A stretch of 64,000 nucleotides of DNA from Malacoraja senta. Lineage: Eukaryota. Shown piece by piece: positions 40,056 to 53,104 of this stretch. Below the pieces are notes generated by a model that worked only from the letters and a program-made list of their open reading frames with translations, had not been told where the DNA came from and searched no databases. The stretch lies in NCBI GenBank assembly GCA_038087875.1, contig CM075991.1:8992001-9056000 (forward strand), written 5' to 3'. How positions within the stretch are numbered: the stretch's first letter is position 1; each line of letters opens with the position of its first letter. The position numbers and the translations under genes were made by a program.

Positions 40056-40732
40056 AGCCAGACCTCCTCTATCAAGACAGGACAGGCAGCATCTCTGGAG
40101 AGAAGGAATGGGTGACGTTTCGGCTCGCCACCCTTCCTCAGACCACTTCAGATTCTGAAGAAGGGTCTCGACCCGAAACGTCGCCCATTCCTTCTCTCCA
40201 GATGTGCTGCCTGTCCAGCAGTTTGTGTCTATTTTCGAGTTAAACCAGCATCTGCAGTTCTTTCCTACGCTACCTCCTCCGGCAGCTGGTTCCATACACC
40301 CACCACCCTTTGAGCGCAAGAATCGAAGAGTGGAGAACCAAACAATGCAAATGATTTATCCTGAACACGATCAGGTTTATTCAGTGTTTAAGGTCACTTA
40401 AAGCAGAACGAGACAAGCCTTGTCGGAGCTGAGTGCATTGAATTTCCATTTGTGGCGTTGGGTTCTGGTGATTCACACGGTCAAAACTCAATCTGTTTTC
40501 AAGGACTTTTTAAATCCAAACTTTTGCCTGAGGCCATTACTATCGAAAACCATCACAAAACCTGTGTCCATCCTGTCAGCCACAAATGTTTCCATGGATT
40601 GATGACAAGGGGGAAAAATTACTTCCACAAGTGTAAAGTTGGAAAGTTGCCACAAAATATATATATTTTTCATTTTGCTAAAGGAAAATGGTGGCTCTCT
40701 AAGGTGAAGGCAATATGGCAAAATTGGATGAG

Positions 40733-41040
40733 TCAGTGGTAGCAGCGGTGGAGTTGCTGCCTCACAGCGCCAGAGACCCAGGTTTGATTCTGACTGCTGC
40801 AGGTGCTGTCTGTATGGAGTTTGTATGTTCTCCCCGTGACCGCGTGGGTTTTCTCCGGGTGCTCCAGTTTCCTCTCACAATCCAAAGATTGTACAGTGTA
40901 TGTTTGGAGGTTAATTGGCTTCGGTCAAAATCGTAAATTGTCCCTCATGTGTAGGATGGTGCTAGTGTGCGGGGATTGCTGGTCAGCATGGAGTCGATGG
41001 GCAGAAGGGCCTGTTTACACACTGTATCTCTAAAGTAAAC
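40733..41040 (+). mobile_element. HE1/V-SINE
   Basis: Consensus match; a deleted minus copy follows at 41165-41418. Confidence 0.82.
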
Positions 41041-42740
41041 TACAGCGGCACCGTTATCTCTGGATCAGAAGTTTTGTGGGTTGTGGGTGGGGTCTTCAGT
41101 GTGACTCCCACAGTGTTACACTCAAGAGTCCAACACTAACCCAGAAATCTAGATTAGAGATTAGATAAGAGAGATACAGCGTGGAAACAGGCCATTTGGC
41201 CCACCAAGTCCGCGCCAACCATCGATCCCTGTTCCACTAGCACACCCTGGTGACAATTTACTACTTTTACTGAAGCTAACTAACTTACAAACCTAAGATC
41301 TCGGAGAAAACTCACGTAGGTCACAGGGAGAACATACAAACTCCCTGGAGACAGTCGGGGGTTGAACCCGGGTGTCTGGGGCTGAAAGCGCTGTAAGGCA
41401 GCGCCACCATGCCGCCCCTATACTGGGCCTTTTAATGAGCAGTTTTCTTCTCCTGTCCGATCTCCCCCCAGTGCGATGTCGCCAACTCTCAGATGAGATC
41501 TTCCTCAGATAACAAGGCAACATCAACTTGGACCTAAAATAGACACAAATTACTGGAGTAACTCAGCGGGACAGGCAGCATCTCTGGAGAGAAGGAATGG
41601 GTGACGTTTCAGGTCGAGACCCTTCTTCGACCCGAAACGTCACCCATTCCTTCTCTCCAGAGACGCTGCCCGTCCTGCTGAGTTACTCCAGCATTTCGTG
41701 TCTGTCTTCGGTTTAAACCAGCATCTGCAGTTCCTTCCCACACATGAACTTGGACCTATTGCTGATGGCTACAAAGAGGTCCCTATTGCAAGGCTTGTGT
41801 GCAATAGGTGACAAGATGAAACAAAGATTTGACTTTCTGTCAGCCTTCTACACATCTTGGTTTAGAATGCCTCACTGCACCTCAAAGGCAATGAAATCCC
41901 TTCAAAGTGCAGCCAGCGTAGAATGAGGATCGTCAATAACTCACAAACACTGCGTAATCAGACAAGGATAACAACATCAATTCGTCATCATCAAGGGTAA
42001 TGGACGGGATAATGCAAAAGCACAGATAATGCAAAACACATTAATGCACATAAAAAGGCAACACACTCTTCATTATATTATTGTGACTCGAGCAGATATC
42101 TCCACTGACATTGAGCCACATGAATACAATGATTAACACTGTTACTGCTGTGGGCGAGGTTTACCCACCCCAGGGTTCAAAACCAAATATCTGGTGGGGG
42201 GGGGGGGGAGGGTGTGGGGGTGATGCGGAAAGGTCAGCCAACCCTGGGGCTCCAGCCTGTTCTCCTCAGGCTCCAGCAATGAGCGGTTGCCCCACTCCTG
42301 AGATATGCAGGTCACCTTCAGAGAATGTTAGGGCAATGAAGGTTAATGTTCATAAGTTCTAGGAGCAGAATTAGACTTCCATCAGGCCTACACCGCCATT
42401 CAATCATGGCTGATCAATCTCTCCCTCTCAACCCCAATCTCTTGCCTTATCCCCATAGCCCCTGACACCCGTACTAATCAAGAATCTATCAATCTCAACC
42501 TTAAAAATATCCATTGATTTGACGTAAATGGGAGTTGATTAGTAAGGGCATCAAAGGTTATGGGGAGAAGGCAGGAGAATGGGGTTGAGAGGGAAAGATA
42601 GATCAGCCATGATTGAATGTCTGTGTAGACCTGATGGAAGTCTAAAGTCTGATTGAATGGCTGGGCAGACCCAATGGGCCAAATAGCTTAATTCTGCTCA
42701 TATGTGCTATTTTCTTATGATCTAGAGGTGACGAAAACCT

Positions 42741-43527
42741 CATATATGTGATAAATGTCAACATTTAGAAGCTACCTTATCTCATATGTTTGCAAACTGT
42801 ATAAAAATTAAAAAATTCTGGGTAAATATTTTTAGTATAATATCTAAAGTGACCAGCACACAATTGGACCCGGATCCAAAATTAATAATACTCGGAACAT
42901 TAGAATTAAATCAAACATTTACAACAACACAAAGAAACTTTATTGATTATAGTATAATAACAGGAAAAAAATTAATTCTAAAATTTTGGAAAGGCCCTAT
43001 AACCCCCACAATCAAAATGTGGATTATAGAAATGATGGAGACCTTAAACGTGGAAAGAATCAGATTTTCCCTGTTGGACAAACAGGAATTATTCGTTGGA
43101 ACATGGTCTCCCTTTATTGATTATTTAAAGGGCCAGAATGGTTCAGCACAGGAACCTGACTAACACTCGGGCTAAAGAATGGATGAAATGCTATACTCTG
43201 AAATGTACGAATATATCTCGAATGAAGTTTTTTATTTTAATAAATTTTTCCATTCTTCTTTAACTATCTTTCTCTTTTGTTTTTTTGTTTTTGTTTTTTT
43301 GTTTTTGTTTTTTTTGTTTTTTTTTCTTCTCTCTCTTTTCTTTCGTTACTTCATCTATCTTTTTAGTTCTATCTAGTTTAAAAAAAAAAAGGCAAAAGGT
43401 ATTGGAGACAATGTAATAATAATTGACAATATTATCAATTAAAAAATGTAAGACTGTAATGATGTTAATAGGTTGTGTACTTATCTCCAATAAAAAATAT
43501 TTTCAAAAAAAAAAAAAAAAAAGAAAA
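42741..43527 (+). mobile_element. 5'-truncated L1-clade LINE
   Basis: CDKC..HMFANC..FW and GKKLILKFWK are shared with the ORF at 49344. Poly-A tail and GAAAACCT direct repeat. Confidence 0.85.
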
Positions 43528-44571
43528 GAAAACCTTGGCTTGCATACAGAGAAGCCTCCGTATACTGAGATACCTGTTGGAGAAGGGGATCAAATTCTGC
43601 TCCTGTGAACTTCCAAATTAGTTCCAAAAAGTCGGAGCAAGACAAACAGCGCGGAATGCAAGTCTCTGACACGAAATGCTTCTTTATATTAAGGCAGATA
43701 GAAGTTGCCATGAATACTAACGGGTTTGAGATCCTTTTATTCCCACCAACGAGGCTGCCTCCGATAAATTATTCAAACGGACCACAAGGCCTTGAGGTAA
43801 ACATATCCCTCTGGCACCAAATGTTTAGCAACTTGTCAAAGGTAAAGTGATTCACGACGAGCGAAACACAACTCAAAAGAACGACGCAGCTGACAAATCT
43901 CGTCTCCTCTCACTGTGCAACACCACTTTCCAAATCTTGGCAGCACGCGCGCGCATTGATCACGTTGTGTTTTTCTTGCCGTCGGTAACCATTTCATCCT
44001 CACTCATCAATACTTTCTGGATCACTCAATTACGACGCAGTGCTTCGGAACTTTCTTTCCCCCCAATCTGACCCGACTTCACCTAAGTTTTATGTGAAAT
44101 TCTATTGGGAACATTTGCAGCAGATTATCCACAAAACAGAGATGGTAAAAGTATTACCAAATATTTAAAAGGTCATTTACATTGCAACTGGAGTGCCGAA
44201 AGAGCTACCGAATAGTTTAAAAGTAATTATGAGAAAGGATATGTAATTGGCAATTAAAATTACTGCGTATGTTTCATTTATAGGTCTAATTTTTCCCCTC
44301 AAAATGTCTCAGAGGGCTCAAATATAAAGGGATTATTCTAAAGTAATCTCCTTCTTAGACAGCCCGTTTGGATTGAGAATGACTTGCTTCTAGTCCAAAT
44401 GGCTGATAAGGGCAGTGCAGGGACTGGAGACCACGGATTGAGGACTCTGCCACAGATGGGGCAAGGAGTGACTGGCTCAAGAGGCTGGTGTGTGGTTTGT
44501 GAGATGGGGTAGCACTGGCGTATACAATAGGGCTTCCTTGTGCTCCTGGTGTACTGTCTCAAGGACACTAA

Positions 44572-44855
44572 AGGGCCTGACCCACGGGCGTCATTAGTGC
44601 GTCATTTACGCTACATCATTTACGCGCCACGACGCACAACGCACGCATTGTGACGCTCACGTGGTGGCGTGCATTACGCGCGCCACCACATTGTAATGGC
44701 ATGCATTATAATGCCGTGCATTACGCGTGCATGGTGCGTGGTGACGTGGGCAGTGACGCGCGGTCGCGCCTGGCGCCCCAGGATTTTGGGATTCACAAAA
44801 TCTTCGCGCACCCCCTTGCGTGACGCGCAAATGATGCACAAGTGGAACAGGCCCT
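44572..44855. mobile_element. PIF/Harbinger-like MITE (ACGCG-rich family)
   Basis: AGGGCCTGACCCAC..GTGGAACAGGCCCT, flanked by TAA and TTA. Confidence 0.7.
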
Positions 44856-45374
44856 TTAGGATAGACACAAAGTGCTGGAGTAACTGAGCGGGACGGGCAG
44901 CATCTCTGGAGAGAAGGAATGGATGACGTTTCGGGTCGTGGAGTTGGTCGAGGCTGCCCCCTCCCCCCCCTACCCTTACCTGTGTTCACCTCTTACCTGC
45001 CACACTTTGTCCTGCCCATTCTCTCTTCCAGCTTTCTTCCTCCCCACCCCCCACCCCCCCCCCCCCCCCCCACAATTAGTCTTAAGGATAAGGGTCCTGA
45101 CCCAAAACGTCGCCCATCCATGTTCTCCGAGATGAGGGCGGGCTCATTGAGTTACTCCAGCACGTTGTGTATTTTGTTCTCCATAACATAAGTTGCCTTG
45201 AACATTTAACATTCCCAGCACAGATTGCAGGTTCTATTTTGGGAGCCAGGTTGCATAGGTTGGTCTGACTTCATGTCAGTTGGTAGACTTTGTCTAAAGC
45301 AGCAAACAGCGATGTTTATGAACAGAGAGAGGGGAGACTTTGCAAATACTGCCAGAGGGCAGCCCGACAATTAC

Positions 45375-45940
45375 TTTAGTTTAGTTTAGTTTAGTTTAGT
45401 TTAGAGATACAGCCCGGAAACAGGCTCTTCCGCCCTCGGAGTCTGCACTGACCAGCGATCCCCGCACACTAACACTATCCTACACACACTAGGGATAATT
45501 GTACATTTATACTAAGCCAATTAATCTACAAACCTGTAGGTCTTTGGAAACTGAAGATCTTGGAGAAAACCCACGTGGTCACGGGGAGCAGGAATGTCAT
45601 TGTCCTATCAGGGACACATGACAATAAGGTACACAAAAATGCTGGAGAAACTCAGCGGGTGCAGCAGCATCTATGGAGCGAAGGAAATAGGAAACACCTA
45701 TTTCCTTCGCTCCATAGATGCTGCTGCACCCGCTGAGTTTCTCCAGCATTTTTGTGTACCTTCGATTTTCCAGCATCTGCAGTTCCTTCTTTAACACACA
45801 TGACAATAAGCTCACTTGAACTTGAACTTGAACTTGAGAACGTACAAACTCTGTACAGGCAAGCACCCATTGTCCGGATCTAACCCGGGTCTTTGGCGCT
45901 GTAAGGCAGTAACTCTACCGCTGCGCCACCGTACCGCCCA
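45375..45940 (-). mobile_element. HE1/V-SINE with nested inserts
   Basis: SINE split by a LINE tail that itself contains a Penelope-like palindrome. Confidence 0.8.
45629..45795. mobile_element. Penelope-like palindromic insertion
   Basis: Flanking duplication ACACATGACAATAAG (45614-45628 and 45796-45810). Confidence 0.7.
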
Positions 45941-47317
45941 CTTATCACAGCAAAGTGTGTACCGGTTTAAGGTCAATATGGGTGTCAGTGGTTATGGGGT
46001 GAAGGCAGGAGAATGTGGCTGTGAGGGAGAGATAGATCAGTCGTGATTAAATCACGGAGTAGACTTGATGGGCCGAATGGCCTAATTCTGCTCCTATGAC
46101 TTGTGAACTTATGAACACAGTCACAATGGCACGAATGGTCTTCACCAGCACCAGGTTTTTACCCAGATGCGCCAAATGGGAGGTCCACTCAGTCACAGGA
46201 AGAGCCAGCACTTCAAATAACCTCCTGCCCATAAGAACTGCCAGTCAATTTCTCCCCATAACCCCTGACACCCATACTAATTAAGAATCTATCTATCTCT
46301 GCCTTAAAAATATCCATTGACTTGGCCTCCGCAGCCTATTGTGGCTATGGATTCCACAGTTTCACCACCCTCTGACTAAAGAAATTCCTCCTCATCTCCT
46401 TCCTCAAGGAACATCCTTTAATTCTGAGGCTGCGACCTCTAGTCCTAGACTCACCCACTAGTGGAAACATCCTCTCCACATCCAGTCTATCCAAGCCTTT
46501 CACTATTTGGCAAGTTTCAATGAGGTCCCCCCATCATTCTTCTAAACTCCAGCGAGTACAGGCCCAGTGCCGTCAAACACTCATCATGCCAGCCTGAGTG
46601 TAACTCCAGCCTACTTAACTCTCCGCTTTCCAGGACCTGCTATTCAATGCACAAACACAGACTGGCACCATCTTCAGATAGGACACCGATTACACTTCAG
46701 CAAGTTGAGTGAACGTCTAACCAACAAAGAATCAACCTCTGCGCGATCGCCCCTCACAAGAACATGTCAGTTGACTTGCCTATTATTACATTGGCAGTGT
46801 GCCATGCATGGTAATGGAAGTGCCCACTTGAATCAGTCACACTACACACAGAGCAACTCCAAGATGCCAGGCATCTCCTCATCAACCTTCTAGGAAAGTT
46901 CATCCAACATTCTGCTCAAAGCTGCTCATCCACACTCTGAATCATTGGGGTACGGAAAATAATGAGACTGCAGTCTGAAGAAGGGCCTCAACCCAAAACG
47001 TCACCCATTCCTTCTCTCCAGAGATGCTGCCTGTCCCGCTGAGTTACTCCAGCATTTTGTGTCTATCTTTGGCAAATAGTGAGATGTCTAATGGGAGCAA
47101 GCAGAAAATAAATACCTCCCTTGCTCACAAAACATAAACATAGAGCATAGTCATAAAGTGATAGGAGGGAGTATAAGGGAAGGATCTTCCATTGAGAGAG
47201 TGATGAGGATCTAGGATTCTCTGCTTGAAAAGTTGGAGCAGAAGCACTCATTGCATTGAAATAGCGTCTGGAAATAGCAATAAGTTTGGTAGTCCTTATT
47301 GACTAAGGACTACCAAA

Positions 47318-48262
47318 GGGGAGATGCAGCGAGACCTGGGTGTCATGGTACACCAGTCATTGAAAGTAGGCATGCAGGTGCAGCAGGCAGTGAAGAAAGC
47401 GAATGGTATGTTAGCTTTCATAGCAAAAGGATTTGAGTATAGGAGCAGGGAGGTTCTACTGCAGTTGTACAGGGTCTTGGTGAGACCACACCTGGTGTAT
47501 TGCGTGTTAAAGAAGGAACTGCAGATGCTGGAAAATCGAAGGTACACAAAAATGCTGGAGAAACTCAGCGGGTGCAGCAGCATCTATGGAGCGAAGGAAA
47601 TAGGTAACGTCTGAAGAAGGGTTTCGGCCCGAAACGTTACCTATTTCCTTCGCTCCATAGATGCTGCTGCACCCGCTGAGTTTCTCCAGCATTTTTGTGT
47701 ACCTGGTGTATTGCGTGCAGTTTTGGTCTCCAAATCTGAGGAAAGACATTATAGCCATAGAGGGAGTGCAGAGAAGGTTCACCAGACTGATTCCTGGGAT
47801 GTCAGGACTTTCATATGAAGAAAGACTGGATAGACTTGGCTTATACTCGCTAGAATTTAGGAGATTGAGAGGGGATCTTATAGAAACGTACAAAATTCTT
47901 ATGGGGTTGGACAGGCTAGATGCAGGAAGATTGTTCCCAATGTTGGGGAAGTCCAGGACAAGGGGTCACAGCTTAAGGATAAGGGGGAAATCCTTTAAGA
48001 CCGAGATGAGAAAAAAAAAATTCACACAGAGAGTGGTGAATCTCTGGAACTCTCTGCCACAGAGGGTAGTTGAGGCCAGTTCATTGGCTATATTTAAGAG
48101 GGAGTTAGATGTGGCCCTTGTGGCTAAAGGGATCAGGGGGTATGGAGAGAAGGCAGGTACGGGATACTGAGTTGGATGATCAGCCATGATCATATTGAAT
48201 GGCGGTGCGGGCTCGAAGGGCCGAATGGCCTACTCCTGCACCTATTTTCTATGTATCTATGT
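47318..48262 (+). mobile_element. CR1 LINE 3' fragment interrupted by a Penelope-like insert
   Basis: QRDLGVMVH..KKANGML..LYRVLVRPHL / YCVQFWSP..RGDLIETYK..FTQRVVNLWN, with the 3' (CTATGT)n tail. Confidence 0.92.
47507..47700. mobile_element. Penelope-like element end, inverted (palindromic) insertion
   Basis: Two opposed arms of GCTGGAGAAACTCAGCGGGTGCAGCAGCATC. Flanking duplication ACCTGGTGTATTGCGTG (47490-47506 and 47701-47717). Confidence 0.7.
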
Positions 48263-48500
48263 AAGTGCTACCAGCACTCAATCCATGCAGGTCACAACTC
48301 TTCTTCCAAATGATGCCTGGGTTGCAGCTAAAGTATGGGTGTGTGGTGCGAATACGATGGGATTAGCGCAGGATCAGTATAAATGAATGCTTAATGATCA
48401 GCACAGACCCGATCGACCAAAAGACTTGTTTAGTGCTGTACAGCTCTATGACTAAAGTTTCAATACTGCAGGATTTCGCCAGCAATTTGTCCTGGAGCAG

Positions 48501-48646
48501 TCTTCTTCTTCTTCTTCTTCCGTGTGGCGTGCACAGCCTAAAGTTGTAGGACAACTTGTTCTATTTGATCTTCCGTTTGTGCACGTCGAGTTGATTGCAT
48601 TAGTCGAAACAGGGCGGACCACGTGAAGGTTGCAATCTTCCACCCC
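48501..48646 (-). mobile_element. Short ribozyme-headed retroposon, copy C
   Basis: 11-bp TSD TCCTGGAGCAG (48490-48500 and 48647-48657), with (TTC)n on the plus strand. Confidence 0.9.
48593..48646 (-). ncRNA. Predicted minimal HDV-like (CPEB3-like) self-cleaving ribozyme
   Basis: GGGGUGG-AA-GAUUGCA-ACC-UUCACGU-GGU-CCGCCCU-GUUUCGA-CUAA-UGCAAUC. P1, P2, P3, P1.1 and the J4/2 catalytic C can all be assigned by eye. Confidence 0.8.
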
Positions 48647-49345
48647 TCCTGGAGCAGCCAGACCAAAACAATGACCAAGAAAGCACACCGATGGCTCTAC
48701 TTCCTCAGAAAGCATAGGAAATTTGGAGTGGCTCCAAAAACCCTCACCAACATCTACAGATAATAATAATAATAAATACTTTATTAATCCCCTTATTCAG
48801 GGGAAATTCAGATGTCCTTGCAGCACACTAATAAAAATACAACATAGCATTAAAGAAGAAGTTTAACATTAAAACATAAAACATAAAAAAGATGTGCCGT
48901 TTTTCGCGTTTTTTATCGGGATGCTTCACAGCTTGGTTAGGGAACAGCTCCATCCAAGACCGCGAAATTGCAGAATTGTGGACGTAACCCAGATCATCAC
49001 GCTAACTAACCTCCCTACCGTTGATTCCATCCATACTTCACGCTGCCTCGGCAAGGCCATCAGCGTATTCAAGGACCACTCTCACCCCAGCCACTCCCTC
49101 CTCTTCTCTCCGTCGAGGTAAGAGATTGGAAAAAGTTTCCCCCAAGTCCCCTCTCCCCCACATAAAACAAGCTAAAGAACACAAAAAAAACATTCATTTA
49201 ACACATACAAAACAGACACAATGAAGGAAAGGATAGACAGACTGTTGGCGAGGCAGCCATTGCTGACGCCACCTGGTGGTTCTCAAATGACACAACCCGG
49301 TGACTCTCAAATGGATGCGGGCTCTTGTTAACTTAGTTGGTCCTT

Positions 49346-50457
49346 GAAAAAATATACAAAAGATCATTATAATAACCCAGTAGATGTATTGGATGAGGCA
49401 ATGCAGATAAAAGCTGAATCAGCAAACTTAATATCATATTTGTATAATATTATCTTAAATGTACAAATACCATCTACGGAGGGTATCAGAAGAGACTGGG
49501 AACAAGAGTTAGCTATTAAAATTTCAAAGGAAAGTTGGAATGAACACTTATTAAACGTGCATAAATGTTCGATTAATGTAAGACACACTTTAATACAATT
49601 AAAAATTTTACATAGATTATATTATTCGAAAACTAAAATTCATAAAATTTTCACAAATGTATCATCTATTTGTGATAAATGTCAATCTCAAGAAGCTACC
49701 ATAGCGCACTCATTCGTTTTCTGTACAAAAATTCAAAAATTTTGGAATGAAATTTTTGAAATCTTTACAAAGTTATTTAAAATAAGACTGATACCCAAAG
49801 CAGAATGGATTATCTTCGGAATAACGGAAGATGGCCCAGAACTAAATGTGTTTCAAAAGAAACTAATGGACTATGGGTTAATAACTGGAAAAAAGCTAAT
49901 TCTAAAATTTTGGAAGAAGGCTCCAATACCAACTATAAATATGTGGACTTCAAATATGTTCGAAACATTACACCTAGAAGAGATAAGACTCCTCCTAGCA
50001 GGTAAACCAGATCACTTCCACCTGACGTGGTCTGCATTTATAGAATTATTACAAATATAGGGTGCAAAAGTACTTTAAAAAAATTAAAAAAATTGAGGTC
50101 AGGTAAGGGGGGATGCTAGTTGAAGAGTTGGTATGTCCCATTTACGTAATGCTCATAAAAATATTTGTTTCTCTTTTTCCTCTTTCTCTTTCTCTTTCTT
50201 TTCTAGGGTCTATTTCTTAACTCTTTTTCTTTTGTTTTTTAATTTTGCTCTTATAGGGTCTTCGTCCTTTTTTTGTTGTCACATTTTCTACACTTTCACT
50301 TTTTCCTTCACTTTCTTCTTTCTTTCAATCTTTTCTTTTTCTAGTGTAAAAAATAAATGGAGTAGATTAATTGTAAGAAGACATAAGTGACGAGTACTAA
50401 TGTATGTGGTTGTAATGTAATGTACTTCTAATAAATACAAATAAAAAAATAAAAAAA
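49346..50457 (+). mobile_element. 5'-truncated L1-clade LINE (ORF2 C-terminus, 3'UTR, poly-A)
   Basis: ORF to 50060 with KILHRLYYS..CDKC..AHSFVFC zinc knuckle. TSD AACTTAGTTGGTCCTT (49330-49345 and 50458-50473). Confidence 0.9.
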
Positions 50458-50718
50458 AACTTAGTTGGTCCTTCAAAATGCCTTGGCATATTCAGGGCAC
50501 TGTTACTGTGCTAATCATTGCTACCATCTCCAATGCATCCCTCAACTGATCTCAATGCAGCTACCTGTTGAGTTAACCCTTCCCTTTGCATGGGAACCTG
50601 ATCTTTGTGTGTCCCATGCCATAGGAAGACCAACAATCAAAGTTGAAGCTCTGAGATAGGTGGAGACATTTGTATGATTTCTTGTTGTCACATTGAAATG
50701 TGACAAAGATTAATCTAA

Positions 50719-50955
50719 AGGGCCTGTCCCACTTTCACGACCTAATTCACGACCTTTTTTACTCGTGGACATTTTTCATCAGGCTAGAAAAACGCCCCGA
50801 CCTACTTGATGCCACGAGTACCAACAACTAGCATCACGGCCTGCTACGACCTACCTACGGCCTCCTACGACCCCGTGACGACCATGCTGCGAGTATGAGT
50901 CAAGGGCAAACTCGGCAGAGGTCATGAATTAGGTCGTGAAAGTGGGACAGGCCCT
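50719..50955. mobile_element. PIF/Harbinger-like MITE
   Basis: Long perfect TIR AGGGCCTGTCCCACTTTCACGACCTAATTCA, flanked by TAA and TGA. Confidence 0.85.
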
Positions 50956-53050
50956 TGACATTGCAACCTGTGTTCTTCAATTAAACTGAAACTCCCCGAC
51001 GACATCTATCAGGGAAGTTGGATTCCAATCAAAAAGGATTCAAGCCGTCCATCGCTAAATCCTTGCTTGTCTATAATTTAGTACAGAAGAGACTTCCTCC
51101 TTAGCACCTGTGAATATCCAGCTGGACAAGTCGCCAGTACCATGAGGAATGATATATCACAGAGGACAGAGATATCACTTTGATTTAGTTGGTTATTTTC
51201 TTCATCACAGCACCCACTTCATGGACTGCTGATTGCAATTCATTACTTTTATTTATCTCCTGGGGACCTTGGGTTTCCGAATTAACTGATACCAGTTTGT
51301 CAGCTCCACGTTTGTCAGCTCATCACTCTCTTCCTAAAGCTAAGTAACGGCATCAAAATTAATCTTCTTCAACGAAGACAATCGCACAACACGCAATCTG
51401 CACCCATCTGGCGAGGGCTCGTACATTGTCAGCCCAGCTGGCAATTGTAACAGGACCGAACGGGTACTTACCAGAGCTATAATACGCCCAAACCCTACAT
51501 AAGGCCAAGTGAAGATCTCACCAATCCCACCCCAGACCAAATGACTAATTTATGGTTAAATAAAAAGACTGATAATTAGGCTAAAGATCTCCCATGCTAA
51601 AAGACTAACTAGAAGCATCACTTCATAGGATGAAGGCACTTGTCTGCTCTGAACATTTCCAAAAGTTCCAATATTGGGTCATCTGGCCCTTTGTGCCTGT
51701 TCGGTCATATTGCTTCTACCTCAGGTTCCTATTAGAGTCATAGAGTCATAGTGTGGAAACAGGCCCTTCGGCCTAACTTGCCCACACCAGCCAATATGTC
51801 CCATCTACACGTCCCACCTGCCTGCGTTTGGCCCATATCCCTCTAAACGTCTTATTTCACATAGTGCAATCAGCTGATGACTCCAGTTTCCTGCCACACT
51901 CCAAAGACTTAGAGGTTTGTAGGCACATGTCTGGCACTAAAGATAAATATATTTTAGTGTAACGTGCAGTAAGGTACAGCGAAAAGCTTTGGTTGCGTGC
52001 TAACCAGCCAGCGGCAAGACAATTCATGATTTGTTGCTTTATTTTTAGTATGGTTGTATGGTAATTTTTATGGCACTTTTTCTCACCGAGAGTGGTGAGT
52101 GTGGAATTCTCTGCCTCAAGAGGGCGGTGGAGGCAGGTTCTCTGGATGCTTTCAAGAGAGAGCTAGATAGGGCTCTTAAAAATAGCGGAGTCAGGGGATA
52201 TGGGGAAAAGGCAGGAACGGGGTACTGATTGGGGATGATCAGCCATGATCACATTGAATGGTGGTGCTGGCTCAAAGGGCCAAATGGCCTACTCCTGCAC
52301 CTATTGTCTATTGTCTATTGTAATTAGAATTTCACTGCACCTGAATTGGTACAGGTGAGAATAAACAGGCCTTTGAACCTTTGATTACAATCGAGCTGTC
52401 CACAGTGTACAGATCCATGATAAAGGGAATAATGTGAATAATATTTAGACATAAACGTATCTTAATATCTTAACATATCATATTTTAACATATCATGCAC
52501 TCTGATGTGCAAGATATTTGTAATGTCCCTTGTGATAAAAAATAGAATATAAAGTATATTATATATATAATATATGTATATTATGATATAAATGTAAAAA
52601 GTAATGTCCCTTGTGCAAGATATTTGGACAGAGCAGGTTACCTTCACACAAACTGACGGCAGGAAAAGTTGTTTTGCCTTTAGTTCGAAATTTCGCCCCC
52701 GGCTCTCCTGTAGAAATGAAATTCAAATTTCCAGTTTAGGTGAAAATTTAAATCTGATGGTAAATTGCACTCAATATTGCACTCGGTTGCAATTATCCCC
52801 TCAAACTTTTGCCCCGTCAGAAAAATAAATCATTCCAGTCGGGTAATTGCATTTTTTAAAAAAAGTGTGCGCGATTAAAGCAAAAATGAGGAATGGGCCG
52901 TTCAGCCCCACTAGCGTGTTCTGCCATTTGACAAGATAATTACAGATCTAGGAATTTTCTTTCATACCCCTTGATAACGCAGAGAGTTGTGGACTCAGTG
53001 CAGATCATCAAGCAAACTACTCTACCTACCCTTCATGTTACCTCAGGGAA

Positions 53051-53104
53051 GGGGTGGGAGATTGCAACCTTCATGTGGTCCACCTTGTTTCGACTAATGC
53101 AATC
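53051..53104 (+). ncRNA. Predicted minimal HDV-like ribozyme
   Basis: Same fold. L3 variant UUCAUGU, P1' CCACCUU, catalytic C at 53094. Confidence 0.75.

Noticed and set aside
51465..51500. Minus-strand CTG/GTAAGT donor with a possible 23-bp microexon
   Set aside because: A consensus donor alone is expected by chance in 64 kb.
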